A stretch of 64,000 nt of DNA from Candidatus Obscuribacteraceae bacterium (GTDB taxonomy: Bacteria; Cyanobacteriota; Vampirovibrionia; Obscuribacterales; Obscuribacteraceae). Position 1 is the first letter of the stretch. Each line of letters begins with the position of its first letter. Position numbers and translations under genes: made by a program. The notes beneath the pieces were generated by a model. It did not search any database. It worked only from the letters and a program-made list of their open reading frames with translations, and was not told the DNA's origin. Shown piece by piece: positions 29,825 through 38,865 of this stretch. The stretch lies in contig JBGAHS010000002.1 in the NCBI GenBank assembly GCA_044226015.1, positions 529,571 through 593,570 of the forward strand, in the 5' to 3' direction.

Positions 29825-30836
29825 GCGATTTCATTTGCGCTTCGACTTGCTTTGCTTCATCTTCGCGTCCGAGAAATTTTAATAGCGCAGCATAGTTCTT
29901 TAGTGTTGTGAAGGAACTCGCGGTAGATACGCCACCCTTCGACAGTATTGAAACGGCTTCCTTTGTTAAAGACTCCGCTTGTTTCAAATTCTCTTTCTGC
30001 ACGCAGTCAGAGGCGTAATCATTCAGCACGACTACCAGATGCTCCTTCACTGAATCGAGCTCTGGCTCTATCGCGTATGCCTGTCGACAGTTCGCCAGAG
30101 CCTGCTCAAATTGCTTCTGCTTGAGCATTTCACTAGACTCATTGCACAATGAAATTGCCTTATTTGCTTTCATAATCTCTTTGTTCTTCCGAACAAGTTC
30201 TGGGTCCTCCACCATCACGCTGGCGGCTTCCTTCGACGGTGAATTCAACTCCGATAAATGCTCGCGAACGATGTCTGCATTCTCGCCGCTCGCTTGTATG
30301 GAAAGTGCTTTTTGATATGCCTCTTTTGCTTGCGGAAGCTGCTTCAAATTCGCAGCGGCTTCTCCCAGCAAAGCCCAACCCGAAAATAGCTGTGGTGCAG
30401 CTTCGGTACATAGTTTTGCCTGCTCGAGTGCTTCAGCGTTCTTATCTTGCTGAAGCAAAACGAATCCATACTTGTAATGCGCTGACGGACTCTTCGGATA
30501 AGTGCTCAAAAAATTCTTGAGCAACTCTGCTGCTTGATCGAATTGATTATGATCTATACACTCTTGCGCTTTTACAAAGATCTTTCCAGACTCAAGGCTT
30601 ACAACTTCGTCTCCAATTCGCATCATCTCTTTCTGTGGAACCTGCTTCGCAAACGCAGGAAGCGCTCCTAATAGAGTGCAACAGAGGAAGGCTACTAATT
30701 GTTTCGGGTACTGTTTTTTCAAAGTATCAACCAGATAAGCAAACGGTATCAGACTAGCAAAATTTCGCGAATTAAACTTGAAATATTGGACACCAGCATG
30801 AATGTTCAAGCAATAGAAGGGAATTAGAGTGTGCAT
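29817..30836 (-). CDS. Secreted TPR-repeat protein (true start probably ~30722)
   Basis: Signal-like LVAFLCCTLLGALPAFA; AHYKYG..AL / GWALLG..AY TPR patterns. Confidence 0.7.
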   Translation of the reverse strand: MHTLIPFYCLNIHAGVQYFKFNSRNFASLIPFAYLVDTLKKQYPKQLVAFLCCTLLGALPAFAKQVPQKEMMRIGDEVVSLESGKIFVKAQECIDHNQFDQAAELLKNFLSTYPKSPSAHYKYGFVLLQQDKNAEALEQAKLCTEAAPQLFSGWALLGEAAANLKQLPQAKEAYQKALSIQASGENADIVREHLSELNSPSKEAASVMVEDPELVRKNKEIMKANKAISLCNESSEMLKQKQFEQALANCRQAYAIEPELDSVKEHLVVVLNDYASDCVQKENLKQAESLTKEAVSILSKGGVSTASSFTTLKNYAALLKFLGREDEAKQVEAQMKSLK

Positions 30837-30991
30837 GCAAAATCCAATAAAGGCATCAATAAAACCCTGAGATGCGGTGTCAAGCCCCTAAATGCAGTCA
30901 TAAACTCGCGCGTGTTAAACTAATGGACTCGGCATAAGTGTTCAGCCTGAGGGCAGATCATTTAGTTATACTTCGAGCAACAGGGAATCTC

Positions 30992-31636
30992 ATGAACACA
31001 ACAAAAAAACAAAAACATATGAGCGGAATCTGCTTGCTAATTAGCTTAGCGTTTTACAGCAGTTTTGCAGCGTGCCAAGCTGAAGATGCCGCCATCGCAA
31101 ATATCAAAAAAGACCAGGAAACCATAAAGCAACTTGAAACGCAGATGCTTCAACTAATGGCTCAGGGCAAAACGAAAGAAGCAGCAGAAGTGAAAGCTAA
31201 AGTTTCGGTTTTGGTTGAGAAAAATAACCGGGAAATTAAAGAAAGCTTTGATGCCATTAAATCAAAACTCGATGAACTCAACAAACAAAGCGCCGACGAC
31301 TCAAAGAAAATGCTACCCGTTTACCAGCAAAACCTTGCTTCAGCAGAAACAACGTACGGCAAAAACAGTGCTGAGGTTGCAGACAAGCTTCTTGACTTAG
31401 GCGGCGCTCAATTTGATATTGGGGATTATGCCAGCGGTCAAAAAACTATGGAAAGAGCACGGAAAATTTACGATGCCCTGCCACAAACGGCAAGTAATAA
31501 AGGCAAAAAGGCTGAACTTATCGAAAACTACAAACTCTTTTTGAAGTCTGCATATTTGAGAGTAAAAAGAGATCCCGCTCGCAGCGCAGACAGAGATCAG
31601 CTGCAGAAAAAGATAAATGAGCTTGAACAGAAATAG
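30992..31636 (+). CDS. Secreted helical/TPR-like protein
   Basis: Signal peptide; YGKNSAEVADKLLDLG TPR_12-like motif. Confidence 0.6.
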   Translation: MNTTKKQKHMSGICLLISLAFYSSFAACQAEDAAIANIKKDQETIKQLETQMLQLMAQGKTKEAAEVKAKVSVLVEKNNREIKESFDAIKSKLDELNKQSADDSKKMLPVYQQNLASAETTYGKNSAEVADKLLDLGGAQFDIGDYASGQKTMERARKIYDALPQTASNKGKKAELIENYKLFLKSAYLRVKRDPARSADRDQLQKKINELEQK

Positions 31637-31661
31637 ATAACTGAATGAAGGAAATCTACCG

Positions 31662-32657
31662 ATGAACTTGAAGTATCACCCGAATTCAGGCATACGGTCT
31701 TTGTTTATAGGACTATCTATAGCCGGGCTGTTGATTCCATCAACAGTACAGGAAAATTGCCATGCAGAAGGAAAGAAAGACACTAACAAGAACTCAGTCT
31801 CAAGTGCAAATCTTGCGAGTAAGTCTTGTGGAGCAGCTCAGAATAGTGGCATCGTAAAAAACGAAAAAACACTTCTCAAAATCGAGAAGAGAGCCAAAGC
31901 AGAGCGCTGGGAGAACCTACCAATCGGAGAAGTAATCGGCAAAGTCGCTAAGGAGTTGGAAGGCACACCTTATGTAGCAAATACGCTGGATGAATCAGCT
32001 GACGAAGAAGTACCGCTTGTAGACATGAACGCACTCGACTGTGTAACCTTTTTCGAGACATCGATGGACCTGGCACGCGCAATAAAGAAGAAGCATGTTT
32101 CCAAAACAGCCTTGCTGAATGAGATTCGATATACTCGTTATCGTGATGGTAATGTCGGCGATTATACGACTCGCCTACATTACACGACCGACTGGCTCGT
32201 AGACAATGAAGCAAAGCACGTTGTTCAGATTCTCGCAGATTTGCCGGGCGCAGAGCCCTTCAAACAAAAAGTCGATTTCATGACCACCCATCCGAGTAGT
32301 TACAAACAACTAGCAGCACATCCCGAGTTCATCGAAAAACTAAAATCGTTCGAAGCAAACATCAATAAGCGTTCACTGAAATTCATTCCTGTAGAAAAAG
32401 TTAGCGCAATAGAACCACTACTTAAAACAGGAGATATTATTGGTCTATGCACAAATATTAAAGGACTAGACATAACCCACACGGGCATTATCTACCGAGA
32501 CATTGATGGAAAGCCACACTTCATGGATGCCTCATCACGCAAGAGTACCATGAAAGTAGTAATCGAACCCTTGCCCATAGGTGAGATGCTTACACAAAAT
32601 CAAAAGCGTTCTGCAACACTCACAGGAATTATGGTCGCCAGACCACTGGAACCGTAA
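31662..32657 (+). CDS. DUF1460 family NlpC/P60-like amidase
   Basis: GTPYVANTL, LDCVTF (Cys), RLHY, THTG (His), signal peptide. Confidence 0.85.
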   Translation: MNLKYHPNSGIRSLFIGLSIAGLLIPSTVQENCHAEGKKDTNKNSVSSANLASKSCGAAQNSGIVKNEKTLLKIEKRAKAERWENLPIGEVIGKVAKELEGTPYVANTLDESADEEVPLVDMNALDCVTFFETSMDLARAIKKKHVSKTALLNEIRYTRYRDGNVGDYTTRLHYTTDWLVDNEAKHVVQILADLPGAEPFKQKVDFMTTHPSSYKQLAAHPEFIEKLKSFEANINKRSLKFIPVEKVSAIEPLLKTGDIIGLCTNIKGLDITHTGIIYRDIDGKPHFMDASSRKSTMKVVIEPLPIGEMLTQNQKRSATLTGIMVARPLEP

Positions 32658-32794
32658 TCAAAAAAAAGAGCACAGTGTCATCGGGCACAACAGACCTTTA
32701 GAGATCGATCCAAGAACCCTGAAAAAAAATTCCTTCCGAAATCTAATAAACGTACACTTCAGCCACTCCATCCTGCAATATAACTAAGTTGCGC

Positions 32795-32823
32795 TTGACA
32801 CGGAACGCATCAACTCGTAAAAT
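32795..32823 (+). promoter_or_regulatory. Near-consensus sigma70 promoter of the sirtuin gene
   Basis: TTGACA (32795-32800) - 17 bp - TAAAAT (32818-32823), 36 bp upstream of ATG 32860. Confidence 0.75.
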
Positions 32824-32859
32824 AATCGTATATTTTACACTTTTTCATGGTACTGACCA

Positions 32860-35800
32860 ATGCTGCCACTAGTGCCTCAAGGTCCCGAAATACCGAATCA
32901 AGTCATACAAGAATTGGAAAAATCGAGGTTGGTATTTTTCTGCGGCGCAGGCATATCCAGATATACGGGAATTCCCCTGTTCCACGGTTTATGCGAAGAG
33001 ATATGGAAGCAGTTCGGACACAGAATCACAGATAAAGAGGATGTGAAAGAACTCTTCGACAAAGAGCAATATGACAAATTCTTGTATGTGATGGAGAAAC
33101 GTGTAAGCAGAGCAGTGCGCGAAAGTGTCGCGAAAATTTGTAGTTCAAGCTTCACAGGAGATCTTGTACTACACAAAGCTCTCTTGCAATTGGGCAGAGT
33201 CAGTGATTCAGGAATTCGACTAATAACAACCAACTTCGACAATAGATTTCTAGAAACCGGACTCATTGAAGCCGCAGACATACATTCGGCACCAGCGCTG
33301 CCACCACCCAATCTATCTTGGCATAGCCTTGTTCACTTGCATGGACGAACGAATAACTCTCAAGACAGAATGAACGAGAATCTTGTCTTTTCATCCGCAG
33401 ATTTTGGGGCAGCATATCTCACAGATGCCTGGGCAAGCCGATTTGTCACTCAAATTTTTCGCGACTTTACGATCGTGTTCGTAGGGTACAGCTTAGCAGA
33501 CCCAATCATGACCTATCTGGTTGATGCAATAGCAGCCGCTCGTGAAAGCGGTGGCTCATTCAAAGAGCCTTTTGCTTTTGCATCCTTTTCCTCATTAGGA
33601 GACACAGAAACTACAAGAAGAAGATGGAAAGCAAAGGGTGTAACTCCCATCTTGTATCACGATCTCGATAATCACCGACTGCTAGAGACCACATTGGTAA
33701 AACTTGCTGAACTTAAACACAAAGGAGTTGCATACAAATATCAAATTTTGGAGGACTTCGGGAATTCTGTTCCATCAACACTATTGCCTGAAGAAAAAAC
33801 TCAGATGCTCTGGTCACTCTCAGACGAAAAAGTTGCCGCGAAATTACCAGAGAAAGGAAAACAATTTCGTTTAGAATGGTTCTTAGATATGATCGCCGTA
33901 GAAACGGCTGGTAAGTTTGCCCCTGGCTATGAAGGGAGAACACTGCTCGAAGCTCCCGATTCAACATCCAGAACTCATCACCTTACTGGACCCAGACATA
34001 GCTTCAGCTATTTACCACCCAATACCCGCAGCATTGCAAGATGGTTATGTAGTTATTTGGACGACAATAGATTGATCGAATGGGCAGTTTCAAAAAACTG
34101 CCTATTGCATCCCGATTTCAAACAACTAATACAGGAAAACTTGAGATCGAACACTTCAGTCTCAAGTTTCCAGCGCCTATTTTGGACATTGATAACAGAT
34201 CCCACCTACAACCCGGAGCCTTTTTGTCAGTCCTACCCTATTCTGCCTGATGAGCTATTATCCGATCAACATAAATTCAAAAAATTGTTTGTTCCAATTC
34301 TTGTTTTTGCTCCAAAGGGTGGACATCCGCTCGGAAATGACGGAGCATCGGAGAAAGGCTTCAGAGAATTTTGCAACCCAAGAATCGCCCTTTCTGGAAG
34401 GAGGTTGCTGAAACTGAATGAGAATCTATTTGCCAACAATAACCACGAGCTTCTAGCCAAAATAAGTACCTCGTTAACTGAATACCTCTGTTGCGCAATG
34501 GAGATGCTCCAAAGTGTAGGTGAAGCCAGTAAAAAAGCCGATTTAAGCTGGTTTGAGCTAAATTCTATTGAGCCTAGCCTGCAGGATAAATCCCCAAATG
34601 ACCTAGCAATTCTAATTCAAATCGTTAGAAATTCCTTTAATGCGGCAATGGGGCTAGACCCAGAGCTGGCCCATGATTTATTTAGGAAATGGACAAAAAT
34701 TGATTTCCCCATATTCAGCCGATTGATTTTGTATGCAGCAGCAAAATACGAAGAATTACCAATTGGAACAGCCCTAGAACGCATTTTAGAAGGTGATTGT
34801 TTATGGTCAATCGAAACCCACAAAGAACTTCTTGCTTTTCTGAGAATAGCAGGCAATCGACTTTCCACGTTGGAGCTACAAACTCTTTGCGAAGCTATAC
34901 AAAGAGGACCTAATGCAGGAGAACCGATCGACGAGAGTCACAGTGGCGCCGTAAGACTGCGATTTCATAAACTATCTCAGTCGGGCGCAAACTTATCCGA
35001 GGACATCCTGAAAAAGGCGGGAATTTTCGGAACAAACAACCTAGACGAACCGAATGAATACGGAGAATTTGAAAATGAGTTTCTAATCTACTCCGAAATC
35101 ATAACTGACTGGGATCATTCATCCGGAAATCAGAATCACATTTCACAGCTCAAAATGAATTCAGAGGCGCTCTACCAGGCGCTGACAAGCTCACCGGACG
35201 ATGTCGATACAACCTTAGCTTGGCAGGAACTAATTGGAGAGAACCCAACAGAAGCACGAAAAATTTGCCAAAAGCTTATAGCGAACCTGCAATGGGTTGA
35301 ATCAATTTGGCTAACAGTATTTAAAAGTACAGGCGAAAACAACGATATAGTTTACATAGAATCTGTTCTTGAAGCCATTGAGCTCATGAATGATGAAATC
35401 CTGAACAAACTTATTCGTCCAGCCTGTAGATGGCTGGCCGCCCTTGGCTGCAAGACATCAAACGAGAAGCTCCTGTTCAAGGCAATTGAGAGACTATGGA
35501 CCTTAACAACCGCGGAAGACTTAACTTCATCCGTTTCCGCGGAACCCGTTATGGAGTCAATTAACAGCCCAGCAGGAAACCTGGCAGAAGCTTTAATTGA
35601 CAACATTTCAAGGAATTTACCGGAAAACGAACCAAAAAAAATCCCTTCTGAACTGAGACCATTGCTAGAAAAAATGTGCGGCAAGACGTCAGAGCATGAA
35701 CTATTAGCATCGACAATTTTTGCTTCAAGACTACCAATCCTGTTCAAGCTTGATCGCGACTGGACCCAAGTGCATTTGTGCGACCACATGGATTGGTCTA

Positions 35801-36459
35801 ATGCGGAACTCTCAAAAAGATTGTGGGCAGGGTATCTTTGGAGCCCATGGGCATTTCCGGATCTCGCAGTTTCGATTGGACCTTCATTATTAAAGACTCT
35901 TCGACGAGACGAGATTTCTGGCGACACAGGACGAAACGCATGCAAGCTAGCCGTCAACTTTCTAATGAACAACATGTTTGACTCAAAAGATTTAGCATGT
36001 GTATTGACGGATCTTGATACTGAAAAACGTTGTGCCATCCTTGCCCAATTTACAAATCACCTTCTGAAAGTAGACCAGTGGAAATGGACCAAGGATGTGA
36101 AATCAAAATTCTCCGAAGTTTGGCCAGCTGATAAATGCCTGCAGAACGTTGAAACCACAACCGCTCTGTCCCAAATGGCGATAGCCGCAGACGAGGAGTT
36201 TCCGGATGCCGTTGACACCATTGCTACATACCTGGTCGGTGGTGAAAGCTATGATCAAGTACTATACTCAATTGACAAATCCCAATTACCTGAAAAATTT
36301 CCAGCAACATGCATAATTCTTATGACTCTTTTGCTTGATGGATCAAGTCCAAATTGGAATAAAGAACTGTTCTTGAGAGTTGTAGCTCGAATACCAAAAT
36401 CCACAGCGGGTTACGAAAGCACTAAGTTTAAGAAAATTAGAGAGGTCTTTGGTGAATAA
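32860..36459 (+). CDS. Anti-phage defence-associated sirtuin, Dsr1-like (SIR2 + long helical region, DUF4020-like C-terminus)
   Basis: GPEIP..RLVFFCGAGIS, ITTNFD, LVHLHG, DFGAAYL..WASRFV, FVGYSLADP; 1199 aa; W.GYLW and W..VWP motifs in the C-terminal region. Confidence 0.85.
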   Translation: MLPLVPQGPEIPNQVIQELEKSRLVFFCGAGISRYTGIPLFHGLCEEIWKQFGHRITDKEDVKELFDKEQYDKFLYVMEKRVSRAVRESVAKICSSSFTGDLVLHKALLQLGRVSDSGIRLITTNFDNRFLETGLIEAADIHSAPALPPPNLSWHSLVHLHGRTNNSQDRMNENLVFSSADFGAAYLTDAWASRFVTQIFRDFTIVFVGYSLADPIMTYLVDAIAAARESGGSFKEPFAFASFSSLGDTETTRRRWKAKGVTPILYHDLDNHRLLETTLVKLAELKHKGVAYKYQILEDFGNSVPSTLLPEEKTQMLWSLSDEKVAAKLPEKGKQFRLEWFLDMIAVETAGKFAPGYEGRTLLEAPDSTSRTHHLTGPRHSFSYLPPNTRSIARWLCSYLDDNRLIEWAVSKNCLLHPDFKQLIQENLRSNTSVSSFQRLFWTLITDPTYNPEPFCQSYPILPDELLSDQHKFKKLFVPILVFAPKGGHPLGNDGASEKGFREFCNPRIALSGRRLLKLNENLFANNNHELLAKISTSLTEYLCCAMEMLQSVGEASKKADLSWFELNSIEPSLQDKSPNDLAILIQIVRNSFNAAMGLDPELAHDLFRKWTKIDFPIFSRLILYAAAKYEELPIGTALERILEGDCLWSIETHKELLAFLRIAGNRLSTLELQTLCEAIQRGPNAGEPIDESHSGAVRLRFHKLSQSGANLSEDILKKAGIFGTNNLDEPNEYGEFENEFLIYSEIITDWDHSSGNQNHISQLKMNSEALYQALTSSPDDVDTTLAWQELIGENPTEARKICQKLIANLQWVESIWLTVFKSTGENNDIVYIESVLEAIELMNDEILNKLIRPACRWLAALGCKTSNEKLLFKAIERLWTLTTAEDLTSSVSAEPVMESINSPAGNLAEALIDNISRNLPENEPKKIPSELRPLLEKMCGKTSEHELLASTIFASRLPILFKLDRDWTQVHLCDHMDWSNAELSKRLWAGYLWSPWAFPDLAVSIGPSLLKTLRRDEISGDTGRNACKLAVNFLMNNMFDSKDLACVLTDLDTEKRCAILAQFTNHLLKVDQWKWTKDVKSKFSEVWPADKCLQNVETTTALSQMAIAADEEFPDAVDTIATYLVGGESYDQVLYSIDKSQLPEKFPATCIILMTLLLDGSSPNWNKELFLRVVARIPKSTAGYESTKFKKIREVFGE

Positions 36460-36461
36460 GC

Positions 36462-36479
36462 TTGGCAAAAAGTTGCCAA
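36462..36479 (+). terminator. Short hairpin after the sirtuin gene
   Basis: ttggcaa-aaag-ttgccaa; weak U-tract. Confidence 0.35.
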
Positions 36480-36501
36480 TGCTCCTTTTAGGCATTCCTA
36501 A

Positions 36502-37140
36502 TTGGAATCTACACGATTCGACTCGTTGTTATACAATCCAGAGAGAATGATTGAGAGAACGAACTCGAAGGATCACAACTCTCAGCCAGTCATCAGAGTT
36601 AAGAGCCGAACCGGAAAACTCTTAGACCTTTCGTCTTCTGGTTTCAAAAATCGATTTGGCGTCGAATACACCGCGAGACTAATCGTGGATCAAAGCTGTT
36701 CCTCGCGTGCATCCGTCGACGCTGTCGCAGATGCACGCTATCAGGATCAGATTCGCAGCACAGTAATAGCGGATGTCTACATTCAAAAAGTCAGTGAAGC
36801 CGTAGGACACGGCGTCTTCGCCTATGATGAAATCGAGGCTGGGCAAATGATTGGTGAATACACAGGACTAGCCCGCAGGAAGAAGAACTCAGATTGCAGC
36901 AACGCTTATATCTTCAATTACACCAGCGATGACGTTATCGATGCAAGCAAACGCGGAAACTCTATGCGCTTCATAAATCATTCAAATCAAAATGCGAATA
37001 CCAACTACAAGCGAGTAATGGTAGATGGAGTACAACACATAATCTTCATCGCCCTGCGAAGAATCGCTGCCGGCGAGCAAATACTATTCGATTACGGTGA
37101 AAATTACTGGGCGTTCCGCCATGAGCCAGAGGAAATATAG
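36502..37140 (+). CDS. SET-domain protein-lysine methyltransferase (start may be ATG 36547)
   Basis: GHGVFA, IGEYTG, IDA..GN..RFINHS, GEQILFDYG. Confidence 0.9.
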   Translation: MESTRFDSLLYNPERMIERTNSKDHNSQPVIRVKSRTGKLLDLSSSGFKNRFGVEYTARLIVDQSCSSRASVDAVADARYQDQIRSTVIADVYIQKVSEAVGHGVFAYDEIEAGQMIGEYTGLARRKKNSDCSNAYIFNYTSDDVIDASKRGNSMRFINHSNQNANTNYKRVMVDGVQHIIFIALRRIAAGEQILFDYGENYWAFRHEPEEI

Positions 37141-37231
37141 AATCAGGCGAACAGATTGAGAACAAGACCCCTGCTGATTTTGCATCAACTAGACAAAAAT
37201 TAGCGCAAAAGCTAGACCAGTTGATTCGTGA

Positions 37232-37468
37232 TTTGAAGTAGAGCCCGGAATGGACGTGGCTCCTGAAATTGAAGTAAATAGCGGAATCGGAATTGAGTGG
37301 GTCCCGAAACCGGAAGTGGGTCCCGGAATCGGAAGTGGATCTCGGAATTGAGTGGATTCCGAAATCGGAAGTGGCTCCCGGAATCGGAGCGGATCCCGGA
37401 ATTGAGTGGATCTCGAATTTGAAGTGGAGCCCAGAATTGAAAATAGGCTCTAGAATTGGAAGTAGATA
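37232..37468. repeat. Degenerate 17-19-bp tandem array (~12 units, G(A)AGTGGATCCCGGAAT(T/C)-like)
   Basis: ggaagtgggtcccggaatc, ggaagtggatctcggaatt, gagtggattccgaaatc, ggaagtggctcccggaatc etc. between convergent SET and MBOAT genes. Confidence 0.85.
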
Positions 37469-38865
37469 AATGGTTTTGCGACCTCGCTCGTACATGCGAG
37501 AATCGCGACAGATAGCCCAGCGTATGCAATTCCTTTTACAGGAATAGGCAAGCTTATGAATGCCTTTTGGAATTTGTCCTTATCCCAAAGTTGCAGACCC
37601 CAGCCCAAAAGTATTACTGCAAAAGCAAGGCAAGTGCCGTTAGTAACATAGACTGTGTTCGACCAGCTAAACATACTATGTACAAGCTGACCGAAAAGAT
37701 TCATGTTCTCGATTCGGAACACCATCCAGCTAAGATTAACAAGAGCAAAAGTTCCAACCTGCCTCATTAACAACGTGAGCCAGCCGCACTTAGGATTGTC
37801 TGCATTTGTTTCCCATTTAAACACGCGCTCTAGAACAAGGAAAGCGCCCTGCAAAAATCCCCAGAAAACGAAATGCCATGCGGCGCCGTGCCAGAGCCCA
37901 CCCAAGAGCATCGTAATCATCAAGTTGCGAAGAACTCCCAGCTCTGTCTTCATCCGACTTCCGCCAAGAGGAATATAAAGATAGTCCCTCAGCCATGACG
38001 ACAGAGAGATGTGCCAACGACGCCAAAACTCTGTAATACTTGCCGAAGCATATGGACGATTGAAATTCAACGGAAGTTCGAATCCCATTAGCCTTGCACA
38101 CCCGATGGCTACATCTGTGTAGCCACTGAAGTCGTAGTAAATCTGAAAGGTGAACGCTAAAACGCCAAGCCAGGCATTCAAAGGATCCACACCTAAAGGA
38201 TTGTTGAAAGCCTTGTCCGCATAACTAGCCAAAAAGTCCGCGAAAATAACCTTCTTGACCAGACCTTGAGCAATCATGAACAAAGCGTTTTCGAGCTGCT
38301 CTGGGCTGACTTTCGGCTTCTTATCCAGCTGAGGTAAAAACTGGTGCGGGCGCAGAATTGGTCCTGCAATCAAGTGAGGAAAGTACGCCACGAAGAGAGC
38401 AAATCGACTCCAAGATTTTTCCGCCTTGATCTCACCACGATAAACATCGATGGTATAGCTCATGCTTTCAAATGTGTAAAACGAAATACCCACCGGAAGA
38501 ATGATATTCCAAGCTGTCCAACTGTGCTGTATTCCAAGAAGATTCATGCCATCAGATACGGTACCGCAGAAGAAATTGAAATACTTGAAGAAAGCCAGCA
38601 TGCTTAGATTTGTGCCCATCGAAAGGAAGAGCAAAAGCTTGCGCCTGACAGGAGACGAGCTAGATTCAATCATTCGCGCCGCGATAAAGTCGATTTGCAT
38701 GCAAATGAACAGAAGCAATATTATCCAGCCGTTGTTACTCCAGTAAAAGTAAAAACTGGATAGCAAAATTGTCCACAATCTCAGCTTTGGAGTTGGTGCA
38801 AGAAGCCAACTCAAAATCAATATTCCAATGTAAAAGAACAGGTACTGGGCTGAAGTAAATAACAC
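37450..38865 (-). CDS. MBOAT O-acyltransferase (AlgI/PatA/DltB family)
   Basis: LPVGISFYTF, FPHLIAGPI, QIYYDFSGYTD, FWRRWHISLS, GLWHGA, terminal FIYFQF. Confidence 0.93.
   Translation of the reverse strand: MLFTSAQYLFFYIGILILSWLLAPTPKLRLWTILLSSFYFYWSNNGWIILLLFICMQIDFIAARMIESSSSPVRRKLLLFLSMGTNLSMLAFFKYFNFFCGTVSDGMNLLGIQHSWTAWNIILPVGISFYTFESMSYTIDVYRGEIKAEKSWSRFALFVAYFPHLIAGPILRPHQFLPQLDKKPKVSPEQLENALFMIAQGLVKKVIFADFLASYADKAFNNPLGVDPLNAWLGVLAFTFQIYYDFSGYTDVAIGCARLMGFELPLNFNRPYASASITEFWRRWHISLSSWLRDYLYIPLGGSRMKTELGVLRNLMITMLLGGLWHGAAWHFVFWGFLQGAFLVLERVFKWETNADNPKCGWLTLLMRQVGTFALVNLSWMVFRIENMNLFGQLVHSMFSWSNTVYVTNGTCLAFAVILLGWGLQLWDKDKFQKAFISLPIPVKGIAYAGLSVAILACTSEVAKPFIYFQF

Noticed and set aside
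35352..36038. 228-aa antisense ORF within the sirtuin gene
   Set aside because: Fully nested antisense frame with no motifs; likely a shadow
37232..37468. Possible CRISPR array
   Set aside because: Units are contiguous, degenerate and 17-19 bp with no unique spacers; no cas genes in the window
37046..37529. ORFs 37046-37495 and 37212-37529 (- strand)
   Set aside because: Open only because of the repeat array; overlap real genes; repeat period is not a constant multiple of 3
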